Made by a program: the position numbers and the translations under genes
Notes under the pieces: model-generated
Seen by the model: the letters and a program-made list of their open reading frames with translations, nothing else
Told to the model about the DNA's origin: nothing
The model's database searches: none
Shown here: one piece after another, positions 11,046-23,101 of the stretch
Numbering within the stretch: position 1 is the first letter of the stretch
Layout of the letters: every line of letters begins with the position of its first letter
NCBI RefSeq assembly: GCF_022539665.2
Contig: NC_081333.1
Coordinates: 3,348,001 to 3,412,000, forward strand
Length of the DNA: 64,000 nt
From: Daphnia carinata
Taxonomy: Eukaryota
Direction: 5' to 3'

Positions 11046-12422
11046 AAAACAATATACAAATACAAAATTACTTCAGAAAATATCCATGTATTAGTGTAAT
11101 AAATAATAATTGAATACTTACAGATAAACGATACAACGGTGGCAAAAACAATAAAGATGAATTGAGCAAGCTAAATAAAAAAAAAGTTGATAAATGTAAT
11201 GTGTGAATTCAGACAATGAAAATAACAAATTTTGCAAAAAACATTTTATAAAAAAATTTTATTGACAATTCTCTGCACATTACAATTATTTTTGCAACTT
11301 TAAAAAGGCACAATAGCCCTTTCAAAAGTTGCCGTCAACCCAGGCAGGGGGAGACACTGCCTTGTTGACCCACCGGGGAGATTACCCGGTGATTGGCTAA
11401 GAGAAGCCGGAAGAAGAGCTGAAGATTTGGAACATTTTTACAGGAGCGATTAACCTTTAGTTCGGATTTGTGGGCAGCCACGTCACCCTCCGTGAACACA
11501 TCATCGGACTAAGCGGCACCCCACGTCCCCTTTCCGGCCAGAGCCCTCCAAACCTCGGTATATGTTGTTTTTATATATACCGTACAGTAGGGGCATGACC
11601 CCCTACGGGCTTATTATGAGTCAAGGGGAAACGGGGCTTCAGAAAAGAAGGGAGCCCAGATATGCACTTCAATTTTTTAAATATCAAATACCGTCTGGGG
11701 AATCCGAATTAAGTATAGCAATGTCATGTCATCCATCCAATCAATACAATTTATTCAGTGTCTTGCCCCAACCAAGAATCTTTTCAGATCCAATTTTACT
11801 ATTAACCTATATTGAGAAAAGAAAAACAACACCATTAAACATATCAATTGTTGCTCATGTGACTTACATGACTTATAGATTCAACTTCTGGCAGAAGCTT
11901 GGGAAAGGCCATACAAATTGCAGATGAAAATCATTGTATAAGGCTCTTGAATGATAAAATAGCACCCCTAGAATGTTGCATTGTTGATAGTTGTGTTCGT
12001 TGTTGGTATGCTGTTAGTTGTGTTGTAAAAGTATGCTGAAAATCCTTTCCTATTGGATAAATTTTTTTTTTTTAGATTAGACATGGTTGGCAAAAAGCAG
12101 GAGAAATGCTTTGTCATAAATTCAAAAAATTTTCAAGAAAATTCCTTTCATACCTAAAAAGTCCATGTATGATGTTCATCTCTGCAATAGCAGCAAAATT
12201 AAAACATCTTTAGGGCCATTTAAGTACCCAGCTTCACCAACACTCTGAACGTAAAGGACAAGTTGTTCTTTAGCCAGAGCAGCAGAATTATTTGAGGCTC
12301 TAGCTGTGACAGAACTATAAAGGATTGCTGTTACACAGGATTCATTCACACAAGATGGTACTTCTCATTAGACAATTTGCATACTCTATTACTTTACCTC
12401 ATACCTTAATGGTAATGCACTT

Positions 12423-13166
12423 TCAGTGTTTTTCAACTGTAGGCTCACTCTTCCATCCTGTAACACTTCCAGACTTGACTTGATCCCCCACTAAAATTCT
12501 GTGAATGCAAAATAGTTGCATTAAAAATACTTTTTTCGATAGACAAAAAACCGAAAAGTACCTAATTCATGTTTTATGTTGAACTCATGCCATATCTTGG
12601 TTTCCATACCACACCCATTTTCGGCCCAAATACAGTCCCACAATTGTTCAATTCCTTCGCTGCATGGACTTATTACTAACAATTCTTTTAGTGCAGCACT
12701 AACAGAATTTAACTTTAAAACACTGTCAGGTGGTAGACTGAATAACTAAACAATAAATAATTGTTTTTTAAAATTCTATACTTATTTTGAATTCTTATTT
12801 GAAAAGTTTAGGTACCTGACTGTGTTCACCTAATGCCAATTCATCCTCATGTTCAGTTAGGGATGAGTTTGGAAAAACCTCTTTCACTGTTTGGAAACTG
12901 TTCCATTCCAATTTGTTCTTTTCCCCTAGCTGAGCTTGTAGACTCAAAATTTGAGCTACAAAACACAAATGAATAAAAGCAAATAAATAGAATCATTACG
13001 TATTAGGCCTTACCATCCTTAGCTTTGCTGTTATCTAATATTTTGTGTTGTTCCAATAATTGGGCCTGCAGCTTCATAATTTGATCTAATAAACAATAGT
13101 TAATAATTGAAAACCAATATAATAATGTTTATACTTACCATCCTTTTGTTGTATCATCTTATCCAT
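12423..13166 (-). CDS. Right-arm copy of an unknown 5-exon gene, ~163 aa, with N-terminal coiled-coil-like repeats
   Basis: Mirror of 8567-9310 with CAG (12930-12932) instead of TAG. Predicted product MDKMIQQKDDQIMKLQAQLLEQHKILDNSKAKDAQILSLQAQLGEKNKLEW...EQLWDCIWAENGCG...; the last exon and stop are uncertain. Confidence 0.45.
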
Positions 13167-13339
13167 TTTTCAATTGTTCCTCCAGCCACGCGTTATTCTC
13201 CATCCACGTTCCTGAACTAACTGCGAATGGCATCCAATGGACTGAAATTGCCTACGCCAGTAATAACGAGTCTGAGCGGTAGATGGCTACGTGTCGGAAA
13301 AAAAGAAAAAAGTGTGATTTTTCTTTTTTTTTTTTGGCG

Positions 13340-13628
13340 AAAAAAAAGTTATGTTACTTGTTAGCGCACCCTCTGTTTTTTACGAATATTTCAAAAAACC
13401 ATAAAGCCAATGCGAAAATGAACTTGATTTTCATGATTTCCATTCAATTTTGAATCGAAATCATGTATTTGAAGTGAAATTTAAATTTGGGCCAAAAATG
13501 AAAAAGTGGGAAGGCCTTCTCACTTTTGTCAAAATCGGCACAAAACAAAATCTCACGGAATTGGAAGAAATTCATACCGTATAATCAAAATTTAACGATG
13601 ATTTCGATCCTTTGACTTGTTTTGTCGT
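13340..13628 (-). mobile_element. Two partial inverted copies of the 8061-8376 MITE, joined end-to-start
   Basis: Reverse complement of the 8061-8230 and 8260-8376 segments. The junction is the palindrome GAAGGCCTTC at 13510-13519. Confidence 0.6.
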
Positions 13629-15916
13629 TTAACAAGCGATATTACCTTTCATATTGCCTGGTACAGACCGATGACCTCACCTGTGCAACCTGATATCTAC
13701 GGAGCAATAACACTTCTTGACACTACGGAGTCGTGGAAACTACTGTAGAATAGCTTTTACCCTTTTGACAGTTGGTAAGTAAGTTTATTCACGTGGTAGA
13801 GATAAGATATATTATGGCTTGAATAAGATCGGTTTAACCAAGCAACCAAATAACAACGAAGAATGAGTATGTCTTGGTATATTTCGTGGCTACAAAGCAG
13901 ATTATTTTCCAACGTATCCATCACACAAGACACATATTCTCGTGCCAAAAATGAAAGAAGTAAGGCCAGGTTTTAACTTGCTATCGTGAGGTTCTCGATA
14001 TCTAATACAACCATCGCCTAGAGAATCTCTGCCTTCAATGAGAAGTACAGTGAAAAAGGAACCCCTCACCTCTACCTAAACTCGGTGTCCACTATTTTGT
14101 CCTCAAACTGGAGTGAATGGCTCACTCAAACGACGTTTAGCTGAAATTTGTTAAACTAATCAGTCGGCTCAATCAAATATGTATTGCGTCGTCTTGAGCA
14201 CAAAAAGATAGAAAAAAAGAAGCCGGTGATGATAGGACGCGAGAGCTAATCTAGTAACGTAATACATGGATTGGATGTTGCGAGGAGTGGATGGAGGGCA
14301 GCTAGTCCGTTGTCCTTAATGTAAAACAGATGAATGATGGGGGCAGACGAATTTCGCTGATCATTCAGGTTTCCACCGCCAGACGTTTTTCTTTTCGCTT
14401 AAGATCTTATAATTGGTATTGTATATGGCACACCGGTTTGGTAGTTTTATTAGATGCGATTTAACCTCGTTTGACCATGTTTTGAGTGATGTTTCAAGGG
14501 ATCGTTTCTGACCCACACCTTATGAAGAATTAACTGCGCAAACGGGAGGAGGCACTTGCGGCTGAGATGAGGGGCTAGGACATGACCGTTTGAAACGACG
14601 TAGTCCATGGCGTGCAGAAAAGATATTCGGATGCTCCAATCAACAGAAATGACGATGTAGACAAAGGAAAAAATAATAATAATAAACAAACCAACAGTAA
14701 CAAAAGTCAAGGTGAAAAAGAGCGCAGAAGGTGGGGGACATAACACTTGAAAAGTAATATTGATGCTTTAGGTGTAGCTGGCGTGAAAGGTGGATTCAAC
14801 CACAAGCGTAAAAACGGTAATAAAACATTAGCGAAAGAAATGATAGAAATAATAAACTTTCAAGGAATCAACACCGGCGGATGAAGAACGTGGAGAGAAA
14901 GTGGGAACGTAACCAACAAGACAGCCCGAACCAGTTCCATAAATTTCCCACTCTTGGATTATGTCTCTACAGAGTAACTGTCCAAGTTGTAGTAAATGGA
15001 TGAACAAGGGGAAGAAAGATGATGAGTATGAGTAAATGAATAAAGAATCAACTTAGGATACTAAGAAAAGAAAACGGAACACGATTTTCGAAGTTACAAA
15101 GTGATTTCTGAACACGAGTTAGTGATCGGTACGTTGGATGATTTTTTTGTGTGGGAAGAACAAATAAAAAGAAATTCTTAAAGGGGGAAAAAAAACAAGG
15201 CACTTGACCCCAAAAACATCCAACGCAACCCATCCAATATAGATCGAAAATCTAAAGTGGGAGTCTTTCTTATGTACAGCGAATAGTGCAGCTGTAGATC
15301 CAAAAGATATCTACAAAATACAACCAGTTGATTATAATAATTTTTTAAAATGAAAGGTAATAAAAAAAGGTAAAAAAAGAAAGATATCAAAGGTCATTCG
15401 AACAATGGTCAGTTGGCTATTTTCTTCATCCTGTTTTGTTATCCCGTCTCCTTACATTTGATAACTCGTAGGTTATAGCAGCATTGTCGTGTCTAACGCG
15501 GGTTGACAGGTAGATAGATAATGACGAAAGAGGCAGGCACTTTTCTCGTATGTGATACAACCACTCGGTGGACGAAGGAAGCCACGCTCACAAACAACGC
15601 ACAACCATCTCACAGAAAGTATGGGGTAAATTGATTACATTTCTTTCCTTGGCCAATTGGTGGGGTCCATTAATATGCACTTGTGTGAAACAACGAGTCG
15701 AAACAATATTTTTTCTTCTTTTTCTTCTAAAGTCATTTAGCTGCATTGGAAAAAAAAGACGAAGGCCACACCGAAGGCTCGCGACGAGATTAAAATCACT
15801 CACAATCTAGATAAGACAGTCGGCGTTAAAGTAGTAGGTTAGGATTCGAGAATTAATAAAAAAAATAGTAACCCTACATTGGATGGATCGTCCGTCTTAC
15901 AAGAAGGAGAGAAGGG

Positions 15917-17507
15917 CTAGGGCACATTAATAGGGATCGAGTTCAAATCGACATTAGGGTTGAGCGAATCGCTACGATTGGTCAACGCAGCGTGATTCGA
16001 GTTACGCAAAACCGTGTAGACGTTGTCAACCTGGCTGAGTCGTTCAAAGAAGGGTATCAAGTCCAGAAGTTCTGTATCCGACATGTCATCAAACCACGAA
16101 GCTACTGGTACCTGAAATTTGATATATTCCATTAATTAATGAGATCCTGGTTATAGAACAGAACATAATTATCTTACGGCGTTGTCAGGATGGAAGATGT
16201 AAGAGGCGGGCGAGTTGTCAATGATGACTACTTTTTGGAGTTCTCGACCAAGTCGACTTAAGTCTTTGACGTAGTTTCCGCGATGGAAGACACACGATTC
16301 CCGGAAGAGGCGTGATCGGAAGACGCCCCACTGATCCAATAGGTCGGCTACGGGGTCAGCATACTTGGCCAAACTTGCTGTGAATAGTACACACTCGTAT
16401 AGCTCGCCCATTTTACGCAGGAACTCGTCTACGTGCGGCCGTTTGAGCACATACACTTGGTGAACCGTTCCGTCAATTTCCACCGGAACGATAAAGTCAG
16501 CATTGCTTATGGGCTGTTAAGTAAAATGGGAAAAGAAAAGGAGAGGCGGGCAGCGAAAACAAAAATAAACAGTTAACTAGCAGCCAAATGTCGGGGAACC
16601 TGAACTTCATTCAAGGCAGCGGATAACTTGGCCATTGCTCAAAAATGTGTGCCAAGATATAAAACGACGAAAATCAAAGGTTAATCCTTACCTTGAACGA
16701 GCTGTGGACTAACGTTTCATCCAGATCTATCACCATACACTTCCTTTGACTATCCTGATAGTGGGGAACAGGCAAAAGATACTTGGCTGATGCTTGCTGC
16801 AGCAAAGGTGAGCAGCGTCCATTTTCCTCCCCACTATCAGTGTCAAAACCTCCTCCATTACCCGCCCCTCCTCCATTTATAACTAAATTGCCACCTAATT
16901 TTTTATTATCAAACTTGAAAATTATAAAAACAATAAATTTATCAAAAGTGTTTTACCATTGTTGGATGATTTGTTGGTTTGATCAGAGCTGCCTCGTTTT
17001 CCCAGACAACAGAATAAAGATCTGAGGAAACCTCTTGCTGATTTTTTCACGCTACCAGTGGTGCTGCTCGAGCCACTGACTGTCTTTACAATTACTAAAA
17101 AAGAAACAAACACAAAACACAAGAGACTCAATGAATGAATGAACAGGCATACAAATGGGGTTAAGGCAACACATAGCTGAAGGGCAAAGAGATTTCACCT
17201 GAGAGAGCCTCACCTCCACTCTTTTTCCTTCTTCACTAATACCCCTCCCCTTGATCCTCCCAACCCCTCCCACACCTTATAGGAACACAGAACACACACA
17301 AACACACATAGTACATGTATACACACACACACACATGCAGTTTCCCTCCATCCCCGGCGGTCTAATAAGCCGAGTAACGAAATATATAGGGTAACATAAA
17401 TTCGGGATCCGTGTAAATATTTTGCATATATCACCTTTTTCTTGAGCGAAGCTGGTTATCTGATCCTCTTCACGGGTAACCTGGGTGATGATGGACGACG
17501 CCTCCAT
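15917..17507 (-). CDS. CTDSP1: CTD small phosphatase (SCP/CTDSP family, HAD DxDxT)
   Basis: N-terminus [10 protein letters not shown], palmitoylation-type SLFCC motif, [34 protein letters not shown] and [16 protein letters not shown]. Confidence 0.93.
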
Positions 17508-17968
17508 TTCAACTTCGACATTTGTCAATGGCGCCACTCTCTCTGCCTCCTCCGTCGAATTTCAAGGTTCTATTCAATTCCATAAAATTACTACACGATT
17601 ATAGATTGCTTCTGTGTAGCACGTCGGACAATCACACAATATTTAATTGGACAGTGGCGTTATCACGCACGTAACGAGGTTACGTACATCAACACACATC
17701 CGACGTACACACACAACGACAACACCACAGACAGTCAGAAAAACTTTTCAGGACTGGAGGAAAATGGCGGAGAACAGGGGTTTTGGTCTCAACACCTAAT
17801 TCGACAAGAGGCCGCTATGTGGTACTAAACTTGTCGTGGTATAAATACAGCGTTGCCACGATTTCAAAAAAGGCCACCAGGATTGTTGTTTAGATTTTCG
17901 TAGATGACGATGTTTTGAAACTTGAAAAACTTAAGGATGAAACTTGATTTTTAACTTATTAACTTGAA

Positions 17969-19952
17969 ATGCCTCTTGCGATCGTATTAGACGTTTCACT
18001 TTCCATGTCAAGAGTAGCAAGTACTCCAGACGACGAGGAAGAATACCAGCGAAAGCATTTAGCCGTTCAAGGAATTAACGTTTTATTGGATCATCTTAAC
18101 GCTCACTCTAAACTTGAGTTTGTTTCATTGGTTGGTTGACCTTCAATAAGTTAATGAATTTCAAAATCTTAACTGTGGTATAATCTTCAGGTTGTCTTTT
18201 CGTCGCTATATGAAATTCTCTGCTCATTTACCAGAGATTATGATGCTGTTAGAGCCAAACTTCAAAATATAGAAGACCGTGATAAAACCTGTTTGGAAGC
18301 TGCTTTACATGGTGTCAGTATGTTGATAAATGAAGAATGGGGACAGAACACACCTTGTCATGTAGGAAATTACTTTCAAATTGTGTGTAGCTTTTATCTC
18401 GACTGAATTCTCAAATATTTACAGATACTCCTCATTACTGATGGGAGCTCAAGTCTTAATATTTTGGGAATGTCACGAAGTCTGTTAAATGCAAGCCACA
18501 GAGGTGCTTCAAGAACGGAAGAAACTCTACCCTTTCTGCCTTTCAATTTCCCGGCCAAATTCCATGTAATAGCTATCACAGCCCCAGATGATCCATCACT
18601 GGCTGTTAGTATGCCAGTATATCAAAAACTAATTGATTTATCTGGAGCAGAAGGAAGTGTTTTTGTACCTGAAGGAGGACTCTCCTCAAAGGTTGGTCGA
18701 TAATTTGCTTAGCTATGCAGGTTGGTCTGTAAAATCTTGTAATGTATCCCATTTTTGCAGAGCGTGCAAAACTTGTTCGCCAAAATTGCTGAACTTCATT
18801 ACAGTTCGTTTGAAGGTACTTTGCGATCAGGTTCACTGTCCGATTCAATCCTACTATATCCTCCTCCTAGAGTAAGTATAACAAGGAGTGATATGTTTAA
18901 GTGCAATATGTAGTGATAACGTTTTTATGTCGTATGATAGGATCATCACCACATTGGAGATATGGAAGTTATACATTGTAAAATTTCGAAGGATATCACC
19001 ATATGTGGTTTCGTCGACCTAGTTGATGTGGCAAGTCCGCCTGCCGTGTCGAGACACCTAGTGCTTCCAGTACACTCGACCAACAAGGGTGATGTTTCGT
19101 TGGCCGAGCTAAAAGCTGAGGGCGAAGCAGATGACGATCTGTTGGCCGTACCGGAAGAAGGAAAGAATCCGTCGTTCTGCGTTCTTCTTCATGGGGCGCT
19201 CAAAGTAGTGCTATTCTTTTCTACATATATCTAAACATGTCTCATAACCAATTTGAATTGTTATGTAAGGTAGAAAACATGGGTGCTATATGCAGCGTAG
19301 GAGAAAAGTGGTTCGGCCTACTGTACTCTTGGGCTGACAGTAAAAAGAAATCAAATTTGATGCTGTCCATATTTGAACCCGGTAACGTTAAAAACTTATC
19401 AACAACGTTGCTCGTTTTAACTTTACCAGAATTTGTTTTAAAGGAACAAAGTGCATACCTTGGCTTGGGGACTTAAGTTTGCTTGGCTCATTAAGCGAGG
19501 CCTCCGGTCAGGGCAGTTTTACCACTTTTCCAATCAAACCTAATGAAAAGCGAAGTTATGCCCAAAGTTGTGTGGTCTGGGTCCAACCAGGCAATTTACA
19601 GGCTGACATTCAGAAAATCTTACGCCACGCAAGGAAAATGCCGGATAAGACGCAACACTTTTATAAGGTGCACGACTTATTGGAGTAAAAAAATAAAGCA
19701 ATATAGTACTAGATAAATTCGTTTTACATTTAGGAGCTGAACCGGCTTAAACGCGCAGCACTTTCCATGGGATTTGCTGATTTAATGGAGACGATGGCCG
19801 TAATTTTGGATCGAGAATGCACTCTTCTTCCACACACTGCACATCCAGATTGTGCCATCCAGTTGACGCATGCAGCTGCCCAACTTCGGCTATCCCGTGA
19901 TGTTCGCCACAATATCACCGCACTTCGCACTAAATTCACTCATGATGATTGA
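17969..19952 (+). CDS. INTS14: Integrator complex subunit 14 (VWA9)
   Basis: MPLAIVLDVSLSMSR start, PSFCVLLHGALKVENM, GLLYSWADSKKKSNLM, DIQKILRHARKMPDKTQHFYKELNRL and AHPDCAIQLTHAA. Confidence 0.93.
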
Positions 19953-20729
19953 ACCAATGTTTTTTTTATATTTGATTCATGAGGAAACCTAAATCATACA
20001 CAGTTATGTGCACTCACTCTTTGTTTCAAAGCAAAGATAGGAGAGGGGACTAAACAATAGCTCTGGACTATCGAACTCTGGCAAGTCCAGTAGCAATGCA
20101 ATGCGTTTTTTTTTTTGTCGATTAAGCATCTTCGTAAGAATTCAAAGAAGGAATGAGAAAAGAAATCTGAAAAATTGCAGCTATAAAGGCGCGAGCCAGT
20201 AGAATTTATTTGGAGAGAAAAAAAAAGGTGAGGACAGTTTGGAATGTTCAGTTTGGGCGATTCCAGCACGCGCCAAATTCATCAATTAGAAAATTCCAAC
20301 TTCCTCATCTTTTCTTTCAAAGCTTTAACATCAAAGACGGATCTGTCTTCATTAGCTATCTAGCTTCTTGATCTGACAAGGGACTGGAGTGGTAGGGCAA
20401 ACAAAGGAAGGGTACACGTTGGAAATAGTGAATGTTGTGCGTTAATTTGCTTCGTATACCTTATCATAGCAGCGCACACAAATACTACGACTGTTTTCGG
20501 AAAAGTAAAAAACATCTACTTACCCTGTGTTAACCGGGTGGAGGAGCTGGCAAACAAAATGGACGATTCGGACAATGACAGTACATTTGCAAGCTCAAGG
20601 GCTGTTTGGGTGCTACTGTGGATGGATAACGTATAAAACGCCAACTGTAATCTCCAATATTTTTTTTAGTAGAAAAGCACAAAAAAGGATAATGGACTTT
20701 CGTTAAACAGTACAGTTGTTAGAAGTTTA

Positions 20730-22489
20730 TCAGAAAGTGGAAGGTGTGGAAGGCTGTAACTCGATGACCGTGCATACCCAACTAGCGATCTCCACATTTT
20801 CAGAAGTCCATTTCTTTACCCATTCATGACCCTGCAAATTAATATAAAAATAATTTTTAAAACGCTATTGTTAAGGTTACAAATAACTATGCAGGAAAAG
20901 AGACCATCAATGTGCGAAGAGCAGGTCGCTCCGCCGGGTTTTTCTTCAAACAACGATCGACAAAGTCCTTGAATTCTACAGAGAAAACGCCTGATGGCAA
21001 CTTGGGTGGTGGTTCATTCACGATATAATCCAGAAGCTCAAAAATAGCCATTGGCTTAGGACCAAGTACTCCTCCGGAAAATTGGACTTTATGCAAACAA
21101 GATTCATTAAAATATTAAAGTGAGGTGTGTGCAGAGAATTTAAAAAAAATTGTGATCACTACTTTGACGAGGAGATCGACTGCTGGGTGACGGTGTCATG
21201 TTTTCAGGGTCTTCAATGAACTTCGAACCAAAAATAAGAGCTAAAGCTTGTGGATCGGGAGGTGGAATTGGGTACATGCCAATAGCCATTTCAACCAATG
21301 AAAGTCCTAAAGACCAGACATCACTCTGAATGGAATAGTGTGTTCCCTGTAATCGTTCAGGCTGTCAAAGAATAGTGAATTAGGACACGAAAAGGAAAAA
21401 ACGAAAAACGAACAGACTGTTGATCATCTAAACATACCGACATATAGCTTCTTGTTCCTACAAATGAATTCGCCATTGAGTCAATGAGTTGGCCTGAAAC
21501 TCCAAAGTCGCAAATTTTGATCTCGCCTCGACTATTGACCAGAATATTGCTTGGTTTGACATCGCGATGTATAATTTGGTGCTTATCTCGGAGGTAGCTC
21601 AACCCTTTAAGAACCTGTAAGATAATTTTGTTAATTTTATGGTGGCAATAACAAGACTGAAATTTTTTAGACGCATTACAGCAATTGTTATCTTTCCTAA
21701 ATATTGTTCTGGAATGCGGCCAGCCTTCTTGAGAATTAAATCTAAAGATCCCCCATCCATGTACTCCATACAAATACTTATTTCTCCATCACTGTACAAA
21801 ATTAAAAACACAATAAAAAGTGTGCTTTAGATTCATGTTACTTAAAATACCTGTAGAATGCTCCATAGAAACCAACAATGTGTGGTGAATTGCACTCATG
21901 AAGCACCTTCAGTTCTCGAATTATTTGCTTCTTAATAGCAGGTTTTACTTCAAGATGTATTAACTGAAAGATAAAGTGGTGTCAAGAAAATATTTGCTCA
22001 CAATTGTTTTGGTTTTACCTTTCTGGCCATAATTAAACCTGAAGGACGGTGTCTGACTTTTGTTACTACTCCACCATTACCAGCACCTAGCTCACCAAGT
22101 TTGTCAAAATCATCATCAGTCAATTCTCCAACTTCCTGTTTTTGTGAGAGAAACTTGTGCAATCTCTGTCTCTGAAGGTCATCAATATCTAGTTCTTCTA
22201 GCTGTTTTTGTAACACTTCTAATGTTGTATTCCCCATAGTTGTATTTCCACTGCTGTGAAAGAATTACATTAATAGAAAGCAAGAGGTTAGTGTATTTTT
22301 CAAAATGCAACCAGTAACTTACTCTATTCCAGGGTGTATTACTACACTACTAGTCTGTGTCATTGATTTGGCTGAGTTAATAGCTGCTGCTATATTGCTG
22401 CTTCTGGCTGACGTTTCTCCTGGACTGGGAGTGGAAACGGGATCCGGCTCCACGGGAGGAAGAGTTAAATTGAATTTGTTTTTTGACAT
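20730..22489 (-). CDS. MAP2K1: MAP kinase kinase MEK1/2 (Dsor1 ortholog)
   Basis: [54 protein letters not shown] and [19 protein letters not shown]. Confidence 0.97.
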
Positions 22490-22923
22490 TTTTCTTTCGT
22501 TTCCGATGTACTGAATCGCTACGCTCAATTCCCAAAACAGAATTTGGTGAGTAGCAAAGAAGTTAGTGGACTTCACTTAAATAATAAAATGAAAAAAATA
22601 GATATCTAACAAAAACTGTTACAAAGTCCAACACGAATAAACAAGTAGCTATATCAACAGATCAGAATCCCAAAATTGCAACGAAAAAATTTGACAGCCT
22701 TCTTGACAATAATCCACCGTTGCAATGATGAACATTTCTCGAACATATTTTAATGTAAATTTTGTAGCATAAAAACATAATAATTTTATGTTTTTAATTT
22801 TATTCAAAATTTTGAAATTTTGAAAATCTCCATTATTATTTTAATTATCTTAAGTTACTACCCACAGTTCCATGAACGCACCCTTCGCAAGCGGTAACGT
22901 CCACCTAGCGAGAGTTATCATCA

Positions 22924-22966
22924 ATTCTTTTCTCTGTCTGTCTTGTCTTCTCTCTTACTGGAACTA
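22924..22966 (+). promoter_or_regulatory. Polypyrimidine (5'TOP/TCT-type) start and non-coding first exon of RpL17
   Basis: Pyrimidine tract TTCTTTTCTCTGTCTGTCTTGTCTTCTCTCTT is followed by the donor GTAAGT. The acceptor TTTTTGTAG lies just upstream of ATG 23102. Confidence 0.55.
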
Positions 22967-23101
22967 GTAAGTGAACAGTGTGTCTTTTTGTTATCCGTAT
23001 ATATTGAAAACATCGTTTACTTTTAGAGTTTCTTTGAGAAACCATTAATTTCGTTTGTTTTGTGGTTATTGTATAAAGTTCTTGAATCTTTTTGTAGAAA
23101 A

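Larger units (their letters stand above)
8411..13322. repeat. Large inverted repeat (palindrome): arms ~8411-10635 and ~11100-13322, central spacer ~0.5 kb
   Basis: Direct reverse-complement match over >2 kb, e.g. 8437 CGACACGTAGCCATCTACCGCTCAGAC vs 13270 GTCTGAGCGGTAGATGGCTACGTGTCG. The same peptide appears in ORFs 9784-9990(-) and 11562-11927(+). Confidence 0.97.

Noticed and set aside
8411..13322. Autonomous transposon (transposase, RT or Helitron Rep) inside the palindrome
   Set aside because: No long ORF and no DDE, RT or HUH motif is recognisable by eye in either arm.
13640..14150. Possible gene relic right of the palindrome (ORF 13757-13948)
   Set aside because: All frames are interrupted and there is no recognisable homology or consistent splice pattern.
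14400..15900. Short ORFs downstream of CTDSP
   Set aside because: Low-complexity peptides without motifs, most likely a long 3' UTR or intergenic DNA.
17198..17277. Purine-rich candidate cassette exon in CTDSP intron 1
   Set aside because: The splice phases do not preserve frame with the obvious flanking exons, so RNA evidence is needed.
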